A DNA stretch of 64,000 nucleotides, from the NCBI RefSeq assembly GCF_036321535.1, contig NC_087441.1, positions 39,246,001 to 39,310,000 on the forward strand. The letters are read 5' to 3'. Under the pieces are notes generated by a model, which saw only the letters and a program-made list of their open reading frames with translations, was not told the origin of the DNA and did no database searches. Position 1 is the stretch's first letter. Each line of letters starts with the position of its first letter. Made by a program: the position numbers and the translations under genes. Below are positions 1-13,010 of the stretch, in pieces. The DNA comes from Camelus dromedarius. Taxonomy: Eukaryota.

Positions 1-464
1 ATGTCACTAGATACATCCTGATTAATATCAATAAGTTTATTTCAAAAGTATAGGTGGAAAATATTCTAGATCTATATTTTCAAAATGGTCAAAGGAGTTC
101 CACAAAAATCAATCTATTAAAAATACCACCGTATTTGGAGTATAATTTATTTTTATCTGATGACTATATCATATTGAAGTAAGTTTGGACTGATGTGATT
201 AAGGCCAATGACCTGTTTTTTAAAGTCTTGGGCACGTGGTTGCAGCCCACACTCCTGTGATTTCATGCCCTTCACTACTTTACCTTAACCATCTGCTTGG
301 GGCTGGTAACAACATGGCTTCATTTTGTTCATCCACTGAGCACTTTCATTTATGCCAAGAAGCCCATTTGACCTGAAAGCTCTACATCGTTTCTCTTCCT
401 GGTCTTTCTACCTAATATTCTTGGGGATGGAGACCAGGGAACCCTGAGAGCCTTTTTGTAATAC

Positions 465-680
465 CAAGGATGACGGTAAAGTGAGTGAGGCACTTAACCT
501 CAGGTGCAAGATTTAAGGAGATGCATAAAACTCTGTAACTAAGATAAATAATATTTTAATGCAGTATTTTTGAAAACGAAAATTAATTAATATCCATGAA
601 AAATGAAATATCTAAACTTTAAATAATTGCTGATTTTTCCTTTTACCTCAGGTGCCATTATAGTTCTGCATAGCACTGTT
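465..680 (+). mobile_element. hAT-Tip100-type DNA transposon relic (MER96/MER69-like)
   Basis: gtgaggcacttaacctcaggtgcaagatttaagg...aagataaataatattttaatgcagtattttt. Confidence 0.5.
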
Positions 681-3166
681 ATTTGAATTTTTGGTTTGAT
701 GACCCTTTATAGTCTTGAACCTTCACCAGCATTTTCCCATCTTTTACTAACGAAGGGGATTCAGTGCATCCAACTTACCTCCTTTCTTTCCAAGTCCTTT
801 GATGAGTTTGCCCAACAAAGGTAACATGAAATAGAAGCCTACAAACTTCACAATACACGTTTTCGGCAGCATTCTGCCAGTTGTTACCCTGATACAGGGC
901 CTAAAGCAGCTAACAAACTAGTATCATTCACATTTACATATTTATATGAACTCACACTTCTTCTGTGAAAAACTTCCCATCACTTTAGACTCAATGGCAT
1001 CTCTCAAATTACTCCATACAATTCTGAACTTCGTGACTCATTCTGACCTATAATCATACGATGCCTCCCTTTGTTGCCTGTCACGTATATTCTCTGAAAG
1101 ACAAACACTGAGCTACTTGTAGTTCACCTACATTCTGTTCGCACCTCAATAACACCTAACAATGGGCTAGCACATAAATATTGAACACCCACAATCTCCT
1201 TTCTTCTTGAATCCAAGAATGCATCTCTTTACCTCTTGGCACATGTATCTCTGGAGGTTGTGACAGTACAACTGATGATCTCATCCTCTTCACTGGTAAG
1301 AGATGTTACTGGTATCTCTCTCGGTTTTACCTCAACTAGGAAATGTTCATGTAACCTTTCAGATGTGTTGCCTTAGATTAGTTTTTAGCCACTTTTTCCC
1401 TAAGGCATCCTTGCTGGCAGAACATGAAGTAACAGAATCTAGAGCATTGTTCAAAGCTGCAGATGGCCGATAGAACATTTTTTTGAACTTTCATATTCTA
1501 TTTTTAAAATGCATGAGATTTTTGTATTCTATTCTGTAATTCATTCATTCAACAATTAGGTACCTCTTCAGTGCCATTGTTCCAAGGATACAACAATTAA
1601 TACACATATTTGTGTTTGTTTTTAACCTCGTGATACTGTATACAACTCAGTAAGAGCAGAAAAACCAAAACAAAAATTTCCCCAAATCCAAGAGCAAAAC
1701 TGATCATCCAAGATGGGCCAATTATTGCGCCAAATACCGCTAGTCATGCTATTATACATCCTGGGATTATGTGTACTCTGGTTTGAGAAGCCGAGTCCTT
1801 GGTTAATTCCCAGAATACAGAGCCAACAGGAAAGTTCATATTTACTCTGGATGAAAATATTTGTGAGTATTATTAGAACTAAACAGGTTGTCTTCATTTC
1901 TATTTCATTAGATTCTGCCTACATTCTGAAATGACAAAGGTGGAAATTCAATTCCCTGAAGAAAATGTATAAAATGTAGACTTTAAAAATTTACGTGAGC
2001 CACAAGTGGAATCATTCTTGACATTTCAAGGTCAAGTCCTCATTGACCTCAGTGCTATGTTGCTCACCATTGCTTTTCTTAACCTTAACTGAGTCATTCT
2101 TTCAGGTTCTTATGCAACTCCTGACCAACTGCAGAAAGCATCTCTCCTTACAAAAAGCAAAATCTCACATAACAAACTTTTGGACTTCTCTCTGCACAAA
2201 AATATTTAAAATTACTGCTATTCCTTTTTGTTAGCCATGATCAACACTGGTGAAAGTACTGAATTTCTCAATGATAGTTTTGTCTTAACTACATTTTGAT
2301 CATAAGGTCTGACTCCAAAACTAAACGTGGGATTGACATTACTGCATTTGTGGGTATACAGCATATGCATTTTTGAATGGAGGCAGCTATTTGCAATAGT
2401 ACAAGTGATTTCCTATGAGGGTTAAGATTCATTTCTCCAAAACTGCAGTGACTGGATAACTTGCATGAAGCCTAGTTTTCCTACTTGAAGCCCCCAGGTC
2501 AATCATTTCAAACTATTACGAAGGTTACATGAAAATGGATGTGTGCTACCCTTGCAGGCAGTGTACAACCCCAAGAATTCAGACCACTTCCACCTGGTCA
2601 ATTAGAAGTCAGGGAACATCGTACTTCATAGACAACTGTAGGATAGCGGTTCTTAACCAGGGGTGACCATCACAATCACCTGTGTCACTGGCAGATTTCA
2701 GTTTTAAAATTCTGATTGAGGTTTAGTTTATTAATTTAAACTGAGAAAGGCCTAGGAGTACACACTTTATAATAATTCCACAAATGATTCTGATTCAAAT
2801 ATTACTATAGGACTAAAGTCCATTTTATTCCTGACTATAATATGGGCTTCTGGTTTTGTTAAGACTTAAATTTATCATGCCCTAAGGCTAGAACTCAGAA
2901 GGTTCACTATTCTGTTCACCGCAGTCTTCTATCTTATATGAATGACAACCCTTAGAATCCAAAGCCACCACGGTCCCCGGTATAGAAGCTCCAAGTTGGT
3001 CCAGCCCCTGTATGTAAACCCACACCTGTGCATAGCAGCAGCCAATCTTCTGGTCTTGGTGTTACAGGCAGGATCTCTCTCCAACATTAAATGACTTTCA
3101 ATATGTGACCTTCTTCCCACCAATAAGAGGAATGGAAGATTTTAATATTTGAAATTTTAAGATCAG

Positions 3167-3172
3167 TTTATT
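3167..3172 (-). terminator. Candidate RWDD1 proximal polyadenylation signal AATAAA
   Basis: tttatt on + strand ~135 nt past the stop; further hexamers at 2824-2829 and 2727-2732. Confidence 0.5.
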
Positions 3173-3307
3173 AAGTTCAATGATGAAAGCTATCAGAAGA
3201 ATATTCTCCTGAAAATTATTTTTTCTTAGAAAAAAGAAAGGAAAATCAACACCCTCTCAGCATAGCCACAGATGCTGTGGCAGTCAAGCCTCTCCGGGGA
3301 CAGTTCA

Positions 3308-3429
3308 TTAGTCGGTCAGGTCACTCTCCGGGTCAGCAGGATTGTAGTCTGGATCATCCTCGTCATCCTCCAGATCCAAGTCATCCATCTCCTGGAACAA
3401 AGACTCATCTACCTCCACATTGTTTCCAG
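3308..3429 (-). CDS. RWDD1: RWDD1 last coding exon ((A)GNNVEVDESLFQEMDDLDLEDDEDDPDYNPADPESDLTD*)
   Basis: Acceptor ccatcttttgcag; acidic C-terminus; TAA at 3308-3310; total CDS 732 nt with the inferred exons 4 and 5. Confidence 0.96.
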
Positions 3430-4149
3430 CTGCAAAAGATGGAAGATTTCACCTTCAGTCATACTCAGAAATAAAAGATACAACTCACTGCCAGTGCCAG
3501 AGACCTCCCAACGTGCACGTGAGGTGCAAGGAATGAAACCCCAAACTACTGCTGTAATCACACCAACAGCCATCTGTACTGGCCAGCAAACACTCACACA
3601 CTTCAAAAGCAACTTCATGCTTCCAGTTTAGAGTCTAAAAATCCAGCTATTAAAAAAAAAAACCTTTCTAGAACAAATTATTTATGATCTGGCATGTTAT
3701 GTAAGTTGAAGACGACTATGACACACCCTGGTTGCACAGAGTTGATTATCACTGACCATAAGACCTGTACCTGGAGTTTCTCTCTTCCAATACTGGAGAT
3801 AACACACATCATTAAAGCTCAATTACACTTATAATTAATTGACACATCTAACTTGGTCTTCACTCTCACCCATTCCCCTGCAACCAATGGTATGTCTTTC
3901 CTAGATTCCAAATGTCTAAGCCCTACAAAAAACAACACCCTGGCTTTGCATTAAACATCTTCACTCTTCAGTTTGTCTGTAGCACATAAAAGCAGGATAT
4001 TACAGTACTCTTAAGTCACCAAAAATTTTGTTCACCCTCTTTCCTTCCCAGACTCTAGCCCTCTGACATTCAACTCAATAAGGAGTCCTAAGAACAGTTC
4101 AGTAATAAAAACACAATTTGTTAAGTCCAAGCCAAAGAATAACTGACGC

Positions 4150-4720
4150 TATCTGGGAGAAGTAGTGAAGGGGCGCAAAGAGCAGATGACATCTGAAATA
4201 TTTTCATGATAAATTTGAATCCACCAAGAAAAGGAGCCAGGATGAAGTGATTTTAGGTAGAAGGTTATGCAGAGGCCGAGAGAAAACCTAAGATGCTGAA
4301 TACCTCCAACTGGAACAAGAGATTCTTGAGGAAAGACATCTGGTGATAACACAGATGGAGGCCAAACTAAAAGATTATGGAGGTCAACCTTTGCCTCTAA
4401 AGAGCAGAGAGACATCACAAAGCATTTTCAAGAGAGAAATGTCACGATTACACATGGGTTTTAGAAATGCTGCCTTAGAGGTAGTGAGTGACAACAGGGT
4501 AGATAAAGACCCTGGGAGGAAGAGATTGAAGCAGGGAGCTCATTTATGAAGCTATTACAAAAGTCCAGTTGAAGAACAATAAAACTTTCAAATCAGGAAA
4601 AGAGAGTTGAAAAGACATTTCAGAGGCAGAATCAACAGAGAACTTTTGGTAAGTTATTGGATATGAAAAAATAATCCATTAGACAGGGAAAAACGTCAAA
4701 AATGATTAGACAGTAAAACT
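4150..4720 (-). mobile_element. L2 fragment
   Basis: Purine-rich L2 antisense text (agacatttcagaggcagaatcaacag...). Confidence 0.55.
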
Positions 4721-5169
4721 TTTCAAGTTCAAGAGAGAATGAGCCTAAGCTTTCCAGATTCAGAATTTCTCAACAAAACAAAGTAAAATAACCTCCTAAA
4801 ATGAGAGGGAGGACAGAAAAGGACATCCCTGTTTTTTGTTTTGGGGTTTTGTTTGTTTGTTTGGTTCGTTGGTTTTTTTGAGACTAAAAACTTCAGAGCA
4901 AGAATGTAATAAGGTATTAAAAAAAAAAAAGCTGAGTGTCAGTAAGAGCCCAGCTCAGGTTAAGAGGCATGATTCAGCAGTGGGCCCCATCAACAGTTGA
5001 TTTATAATCTTCTCCAGAAGACAGTCCAGGAACGAGGCTGAAAGGCAAGATGCTACAGGACCCCCAACTGGCATGACAGGCGTGACAGAAGGATGACGGA
5101 GTGGAGACCCCAGGGTGCTGCTGGAGTGCTGACCGAGTATGGAGCCCAGTTTAAGAAACACATACAGGC

Positions 5170-5297
5170 TTCAAGCTCTGTGAGGACAGGGAATTTGTCT
5201 AGTTGTTCTCTGCTGTATCCTCAGCAGCCAGGACGATGCCTGGCTTATAGCAGGGGTGCAGTAAGTATTTGTGGATGGATGGACATGGATGAATGAA
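5170..5297 (+). mobile_element. L2 3' tail
   Basis: aagctctgtgaggacaggga...tgcctggc...gtatttgtggatggatgg...gaatgaa. Confidence 0.75.
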
Positions 5298-5780
5298 GAT
5301 TAAAAGAGGGTAAGTAAGGGTTAGGATGAAAAAGAGAAGAAAAGCATAAGGGACTAGACGTCCAAAGACAGTAGAGTGGTATGAAATGTAAGATTTCTGG
5401 TTAGACAGCATGCTAGGAGTTCTGGGATTGAGATTTTTATACAGTTCCAAGACAGATTATGCATTACAGTTTCCATAGATCCGTGATACTAGAAATTTGA
5501 GGAAACCAAGTCACCTGAGTCACAGTGAGTTGATTTATGACCAGTTGTTAGAGGCTAATGTGACCACACTGTTTACCCAGTGCTATCTTTGATAAAATAT
5601 ACTTTAAAAAATATATTGCTATAGTTTCATGTATAATCACACATTAGAATTTATTCTTCAAAATATATTTCTTTACAGCCCTGGGAGGAAAAATTATATA
5701 TTATGTAACCACTCCAGTTTTCCTGGTTTAATATTAAAAATAGCACATTATGTACATGTGGAATTCTAATATTATCTTAC

Positions 5781-5843
5781 CATCTTCCAAGAACTGGATA
5801 TCAGATGTGTCGAGATTATGATCTGTTTCAAACAGCTGTCTCC
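5781..5843 (-). CDS. RWDD1: RWDD1 exon 6 ((G)RQLFETDHNLDTSDIQFLED)
   Basis: Acceptor atttcttatag, donor gtaaga, 63 nt, phase 1/1. Confidence 0.95.
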
Positions 5844-6338
5844 CTATAAGAAATAAATATATTTCAATTTGAATGGCAGAGTTTCCTTCCATCTTCCCTA
5901 CAACTTTTTCAAAGGTACAATAATTTAAGAAAACAAGTCTGAAAACCTATTTTTCTGGGAATTTCAATAAATTTATGAACTTAGTAAGGAGCTAAGAAGC
6001 ATACAAAATGCATCTGCATTAAAATGAACAAGTTAAAACTTAGCCTACCTTAGAGTCCTAGAAAACAAGTGGGTTTGACTCTAGCACTCCTAAGGCTTAT
6101 GATACTAAAAGTCATGCTAGATGTATCTTGAGATCTATCCATTGCAATATTTAAATGAAAGATAAGCCAAAAATTAATTATAATTATGTGTGAAGAAACA
6201 TCATTTTACAGAGAGAATGCTTTCTATTTCTGTCCTAGATGCCTAAGTATATTATTTTCTTATGAGAATCTGTCCAAATGATCCTCTTGCTATATAAGAA
6301 GTAATATAAGAGGGTTTAAGGGGAACAGGAAATGGGGA

Positions 6339-6486
6339 NNNNNNNNNNNNNNNNNNNNNNNNNNNNNNNNNNNNNNNNNNNNNNNNNNNNNNNNNNNNNN
6401 NNNNNNNNNNNNNNNNNNNNNNNNNNNNNNNNNNNNNNNNNNNNNNNNNNNNNNNNNNNNNNNNNNNNNNNNNNNNNNNNNNNNNN
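6339..6486. other. Assembly N-gap (others: 7174-7317, 17374-17593, 18200-18356, 49688-49835, 62793-62978)
   Basis: Runs of n, 144-220 nt each. Confidence 0.98.
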
Positions 6487-6488
6487 TG
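6356..6488 (-). CDS. RWDD1: RWDD1 exon 5 (Q...), almost wholly in N-gap 6339-6486
   Basis: Only the acceptor tctttcttcttttctaag and CA are visible; 133 nt is inferred from orthology and from the phase 1 needed by exon 6. Confidence 0.65.
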
Positions 6489-7193
6489 CTTAGAAAAGAA
6501 GAAAGACATGTCACCAAAAAACGAGATTAACAGTTTAGAAAATAAAGCCTAATGACCTTCTAGACAAGTGAATATAGCCACTTGTAGGAAAAACACAGAA
6601 AAATGGCTTCAAGTTTTAAAACATTTAGTCTGATTTCTGCTTGCACTGGCTAGTCTCATTAGTTTTGGCAACTTACTCTGGAAAAGTCATTTTTATTTTT
6701 ATTACAAAAAACAAAGATAATATACTATGTATCCCCATTGCTATTCACTGTTATGAAGAAAGCTGCTGCTGTCGGTTATTAATGTTTTAAATATACACCA
6801 ATTCACAGCACTAACAACATAGCTTATATTTTTCACTTCATTGCAGAATCTAAGGTTTTCTTTACATTAAGTAACTATTTAAATCACTTTGGTGAGGGCT
6901 TTACAGTTCTAAACTCTATACTGTAAGTAAAATAGTTTATATTCCTTGATTTTACCTGCATGAGCTTTTCTTTACTGATTATTAATCATTACTGTGCCAT
7001 GCCACCTACTAAATGAGGGACCTTCTAAAATTTTACTTAGTAAAGCTTTGCTAAAATTTACTTGTTTATTTCTGTGATTCCCCAAAAAATTACTGAAATT
7101 TCCAAAGGCAAAAACAAACAAAAACAAAAAACCAAACAACCAAAAAAAAAAACAGATTTGAAGAATGAAAGAANNNNNNNNNNNNNNNNNNNN

Positions 7194-7337
7194 NNNNNNN
7201 NNNNNNNNNNNNNNNNNNNNNNNNNNNNNNNNNNNNNNNNNNNNNNNNNNNNNNNNNNNNNNNNNNNNNNNNNNNNNNNNNNNNNNNNNNNNNNNNNNNN
7301 NNNNNNNNNNNNNNNNNATACCAAGGTTTTCTTCTGC
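7194..7337 (-). CDS. RWDD1: RWDD1 exon 4 (AEENLG...), mostly in N-gap 7174-7317
   Basis: Acceptor tggttacatag then GCA GAA GAA AAC CTT GGT AT visible; 3' boundary inferred from the 144-nt orthologous exon as recalled. Confidence 0.8.
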
Positions 7338-7879
7338 CTATGTAACCAGAAAAACAAAGTTGTAGTAAGAAACATAATTCTCAGAAAAATAAAAACAACT
7401 AACCAATGGGAAAAAAAGACCTTTCAGCATAATCACTAAACTCCATATGTTTATAATATGATTACTGATTATGATTTTATCATTATATATCAGTTATACC
7501 ATAAGTTCAGACACCTGGATCATTTAACAATTGAGTATATAAATAATAGTATCTCACATTTTTAAAGTCTTATAATTTGCTATATTCAACTTAAAATATG
7601 TATTTCAATAAATTCTACTTAATAAGCATAAATGTAAGAAGAATTCAGAAAACGTTTTCCTACAATAGCTAACAATATTGGTTCTCCAGCATGTTTTCAT
7701 TATTTTAGTTCTTTGGGGGTATTTTAAGAGCTGAGACAACTGAATTTTGAAGGCAAAGTGATTTCCTAATATAATAATAAAGAATGTAGATACTTTTATG
7801 ATTTATCTTTATGTACCTTTTTTTCTTTCTATTTGAAATGGTTTAAAACCAAATATAAAAGCATCTCCAACTCATCATA

Positions 7880-8560
7880 AGCTCTATCACTACCTCTTAT
7901 CTATTCTTAAATGTCATTTAAATCCACCTACTGTTCTCCATCAACGCTGTTATTATTACCTAACCCAGGGTACCATCCCCTTCAGTTTGTAATATTACAA
8001 GAAACTCTTAACCAGTCTTCTTAAAATCTCTGGTCTTGTCACCTCTGACATCAACAGAGTTCTCTGACATTTCAGTACACACAGAACTCATCTATTCAGT
8101 CTCTTGCTTAAAAATCCCTCATTAGCTTCCCAAACCTGTAAGGAGCAAGACCATACATTTTAAACAGTTTAGAAAATCCTTTGGGAATTAACCTTTTTAG
8201 TTCTAACACATGTTACCACCAATCTCAAATTCTAAGCTCAAGTAATTTTAGAATGACCGGAAGTTCCAGAAGGAAATAATCTCGATCTCTCTCTCTGTCT
8301 CCCATGCCTCGTAACAAGCTTACTCCTCCACCTTCAAACTCTTCTACTCTCTTTATTGCCTGAAAACTTTTCCTTCAGTCCCAGCTTCACCTTGGAAGCT
8401 TCTCCAGTGCCTCAAATCTATGCCCACTCATCCAATCTTTTACTTCACCCATCAGAGCATTTTTCACAGAGAATCATGATTTCCAGTTTGCTGGTCCATG
8501 TCCTCACCAGAGTATAAAGTCTGTGAGAGGGGGAATGGTATCTGGCCACCTAACTTAACC
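7880..8560 (+). mobile_element. L2 fragment
   Basis: tctcttgcttaaaaatccctcattagcttccc and other L2-like pyrimidine-rich blocks. Confidence 0.5.
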
Positions 8561-10471
8561 CTGATACATTTCAAAGACAAATCCCAGTAGGATCTCTTTT
8601 TAAAAAGTTAAGTATTCCAATAGAAAAGCAAAAAAAGCAGCATTCATATGAAAACTAGACAACTAGAAGTTATATGAAGACTTCCACATCACTAGTAATT
8701 AAAGAACTTCCGATTATAATTATGTACTATTTTCATCTTACCATCATTTTTTCTTTCTAAATGAAAATACCTAGTGCTAGCAAAAGTAGGCAGACACCTC
8801 AATGGCTACAGTGAGAGGATAACTTGGTACAATCACTTTAAGGGTCGACTTGGCAGTATGTATTGAAAGCCTGCATAACCTTTAATCTGGCAATCCTACT
8901 TCTAGAAAGCACCAGTATACTCATCAGTAATTCATTCTTTTCATTTATTCAAAAAATATTTGAGTGTCTACTATGTGCCAGGGACTAGCGATTCAATAGA
9001 CACCCCGCTCTAAAGATTTACAAATGGTGATATATAAGAATGTTCAAAGAATTATGTATTAAATCAGGCAAAAATGAGAAATAAATTCAAGGTGTTTCAA
9101 AAAGCACATGTGTAATTACACATACATCCAGTGAAATGCTATGAAGTTATCAAAAATGACAATCCATATATATGTTTACTAAAATGGGAAGATGCTGATA
9201 TATATTGTTATGTGAAAAAAAGAATGTCACAAAATACTACGTATAGGCTGACCTAACCTGGGGTGGGGGAGGGAGACTATAAATATAAGCATAAGTAAAA
9301 AAGTCTGGAACTATATCACACCAAAGTGTTACTAAGCAGTTACACCTGGGTTACTGAGATTAAGAGGAATCTTTATTTTCTTCTTCAGATTTTATGTATT
9401 TTCTGAGTTTTTTGTAATATAAATTAATTATTCTGATAACTAAAAATTAATACAACTATTTTTAGAGAAAAAATACAAATATATTCCCTCAATACATCAG
9501 ATCTCAGTTAAGTATCAGAAAGAAATCAAAATTTCCTTTTTGAAAGGAAGGAGCTTGAGTATAAATAAAATATAAAATGTATATTTAAAAAATCACTCAG
9601 CTCAAATAACTTACATTAACACATGACTGACTGAATATAGTATATTGTCCCACACTGTCTCCACCGTTTTTAAATGAAGCATGTTAAACCAAATGATATA
9701 ACTTCATACTGGGTAATGGAGTGAACAGGGCCCAGGATCAGCATAAATTAACATTTGAGAAATCATGTTTCCCTCTGCATTCTCCAACAGCTCCAGATAT
9801 TTCTAAAATATCAGTATTCAGAGCACCTCTACTCCTTGAAATATACAAGTCACATTTAAGGCGGAGACATGTTTTCTGTCAGCTCTTCTTAGAAAAACGA
9901 ACAAAACCAGGATTCCTGCTTTTAAGATGGTGGGGTAAGATTTTAGTTGCCCTCCCTACTCCCTGCTCTGAAGAATCCATAAAAATTCTCTACCTAAACA
10001 AGACAGAGCTTCACATATCTGCCATGCCCAGAGTAAGGAGCCATCCCAACAGAGAACTAGCCAGGTAGGAACTTTCCAATACCCATTCTTTTTTTCCACA
10101 CAACATCTTCTTTTGGAGGAGTTATAAACCACTGCTGCTGTTTGGAAGCTTAGGGAGAAGGGGAGATAGGAAAGAAAAATGTATCAGTCACCACCCCTCT
10201 TACCAGATTGTAGGCAGCTAGCCTGCAGCAGGTCAGAGGGGTTGGGAGTTTTAGGGTTTTTTTAAGAGCTGGAATTTTTAAATGCACATGGGACTAGACA
10301 TTCTGAGAACCAAATCAAAACTGTGTTTATAATTTATAGTACCTAACTGGACTTTTTATCACCTTTTTATCACAAAAATCACAGGGCTGACTGAATTTCA
10401 AACAAGGGTATAGGGAGAACTTCTCTTACTCAAATTTTAAAGTGGAGAACAAAAATAAAAATGCTTTGTAA

Positions 10472-10499
<28 letters not shown>
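10472..10499. repeat. (AC)14 microsatellite in RWDD1 intron 3
   Basis: Directly visible. Confidence 0.95.
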
Positions 10500-10502
<3 letters not shown>

Positions 10503-10632
10503 CATATCCTGAATTCTGCTTGTTTAATATATGGGCTATACATATTTAATAGCATTTTCTGACTCTTATAATTAATATATAATATTTAAGGCCAATAAAA
10601 TAATGCCATTACAAAACTTGTTATTTCCTTAC

Positions 10633-10763
10633 CTGTAATGCTAATAATTTCAAAATGTCTGAGACATCAGTATCTTCTAGATTTAACTGGGAGAATATTT
10701 CATAAAGGGGGGCTTCATCTGGGTATTTTTCACTGTATGTAAACTTGAGGGTAGCCTGGACAG
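10633..10763 (-). CDS. RWDD1: RWDD1 exon 3 ((T)VQATLKFTYSEKYPDEAPLYEIFSQLNLEDTDVSDILKLLALQ)
   Basis: Acceptor gtgtcttcag, donor gtaagg, 131 nt; carries the YP-containing RWD motif (YPDEAP). Confidence 0.96.
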
Positions 10764-12944
10764 CTGAAGACACAAGGTAAGAGCTTGATATGAATACCAT
10801 AAAATGTAAAGTACAGAGAGGTCAACATATTTGTTGAACCAATAATTATTTTATGACGTGTCAACGAACAATTTTCCTACAAAATAACAAGGTTACTAAG
10901 AGACCAGATAGGTAATCACTAATTCAAACAACACATACCACAAAGATAAGTGAAAACAAATCACAGGAACACTAAAAGTCACTTCTAACATGAAGTACAC
11001 TCACTACGCGTGAGTATTTCACCGATTTCACCATACTGCTTGTCTGAGAAAGAGAATGAGAGACAGATGAACAAAAGGCACTGAGTATGACACACAGAAA
11101 AAGTACTTCCTTAGGCTCATTTTCAGGTCCCTACCAGAGACAGTTTCCAGAGCATATCTGACTTCAGCCCTGGAGTCCATGTTTCTATCTGTACAATGAC
11201 AGCAGGCATTGCTAGAGGACACGGTTTTGAATGGACAGTTTGAGAGGTTATCTGAGAAACTTTTACCCTGACTCATCCATACGTTCTCCCTCAGTCTTTT
11301 GGCCTGTGCCAGTTTACAGATCTGACACTTGTAGAGGTGTGAGATTTTCACAGGCACGTTAGTGCAAAGTATCTCTCTGCTACCTGGCCTGATGAATTCT
11401 CAATTTCGCCAGGCAATGTGCAACTGAGTAGAAGTGCTAAACATTTTCGGTTAAAACTTGTTAGTCACAATGACCCTTTGTCTAGATTTCGCCGTTCCTG
11501 TAACTCATACTTTAATTATTAAAACCTCCTGATTTTGGTGATTTTAACTGAAATCTAGGTTTTTCTCTCCTTGGGAAGGGGGAAAAAACACCTTAAAATG
11601 TGCCAGTTTGATATTTTGTTTTAATTTTGTGTATGATGAACAAAGAATTTCATGTGTATGATGATTAAAGAATTTTATGAATCAACGGATATAAGAAAGA
11701 GTGTTAGGTCAGTAAGAAATACAATGTCTTTAAGGCATTTTTCTTCTTTTTTTTATTTAGTACATTTCTAATTTTATTGCTAGAACATTCAGAAGGTTTT
11801 TTTTTTTTAAATTTATTGATTCTACTATATGATGTAATAGACACTATAGAAAACTTAGGAATATATTAAGGGAAAAATAAAATCAATAATAATCCCATCT
11901 TCAGGGAGAGACCACTGTTCTCATTTTGGTATATTTAAAGTATCTTAAAAGTATTTCTTAAAGATTACTTTAAAGTATCTTTCTATGCATATATTCACAT
12001 TTTAAACAAAATGTAAAAGGATGCTCATGTTATAGCTGAGATTTTATATACATATTTATAAATAATATCCATCTATAAAAACATATGTAAATAACTGTAT
12101 CCAACATCTTTTTAATTCAGAGCTCAGTAATATCTCAATGCTAACCTCATTTTCAATTGTACAAGACAGATTGAGAGTTATCAAGTGATACCACTAATAT
12201 TGGTATTACTGACTGCTCATGGCAGAATTTCAGTTGGCTAGCTTAACAGGGGAAAAAAAAAATCCTTGGGTTAACACCAACTTAATATAATGTCTTTATC
12301 AAATTACAACATTAACTGAACTGGACTAAAGGTGGAAACGAACTTCAGACATTCCTCCCCTGACGTGCCAAATTTAAATTAATTTACTTAATTTTTTTAT
12401 TAGTTTTACAGCTGCTTTATTTCAGTTTGTATAATTGTCTCAGTTCCACAGTTATGTTAATACTGGCTTTTATCTGGTTTTATGTATATACGTATTTAAA
12501 TAACAATAGAATATCCATCCCTAAAGAAAGGAAAACATGCAGATTGGTATTTATCCAGCCCAATTTATAACAGCAAATATCCAGTAAACACTTCAAATAT
12601 CCAAACAGGAAAAAATCCATGGTATTCAATGGACTACCACACAACTACTAAATTACGTGTGTGTCCAAACTCTTGTTTTGGACAAAAATCTCCTGCACTT
12701 TCTCTATCTGCTGTATTGTTATGTTTGTTTCACTTTTAAAAATTAAGCTTACTGTGTCAATACACCTCTTGACTTCCTCTCTATTATTACATAGTAAATA
12801 CTGACTAGAAACCCGTAACATTCACACTAGATTCTCAACAGCACCTTAGCATTCCACATGTGCAAGGCCCAGCACAATGGCTGCAGGATGAATAAAATTC
12901 CTGAGAAGCTTAGGAAAACTGCAAATATTTTTGATTAGACTTAC

Positions 12945-13010
12945 TTTCATCATTTTCTCCGGCCTCAGATGTCACGGTAATGGTGAAGCTGGGTGGATTT
13001 TCTGATAATA
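12945..13010 (-). CDS. RWDD1: RWDD1 exon 2 ((V)LSENPPSFTITVTSEAGENDE)
   Basis: Acceptor tttcttgcag, donor gtaagt, 66 nt, phase 1/1, reads in frame with exon 1. Confidence 0.95.

Noticed and set aside
3272-3631. 119-aa plus-strand ORF
   Set aside because: Antisense shadow of the acidic last exon of RWDD1; no recognisable protein
6252-7439. ORFs spanning N-runs (also near 17.3k, 18.2k, 49.7k, 62.8k)
   Set aside because: Artefacts of translating through gaps
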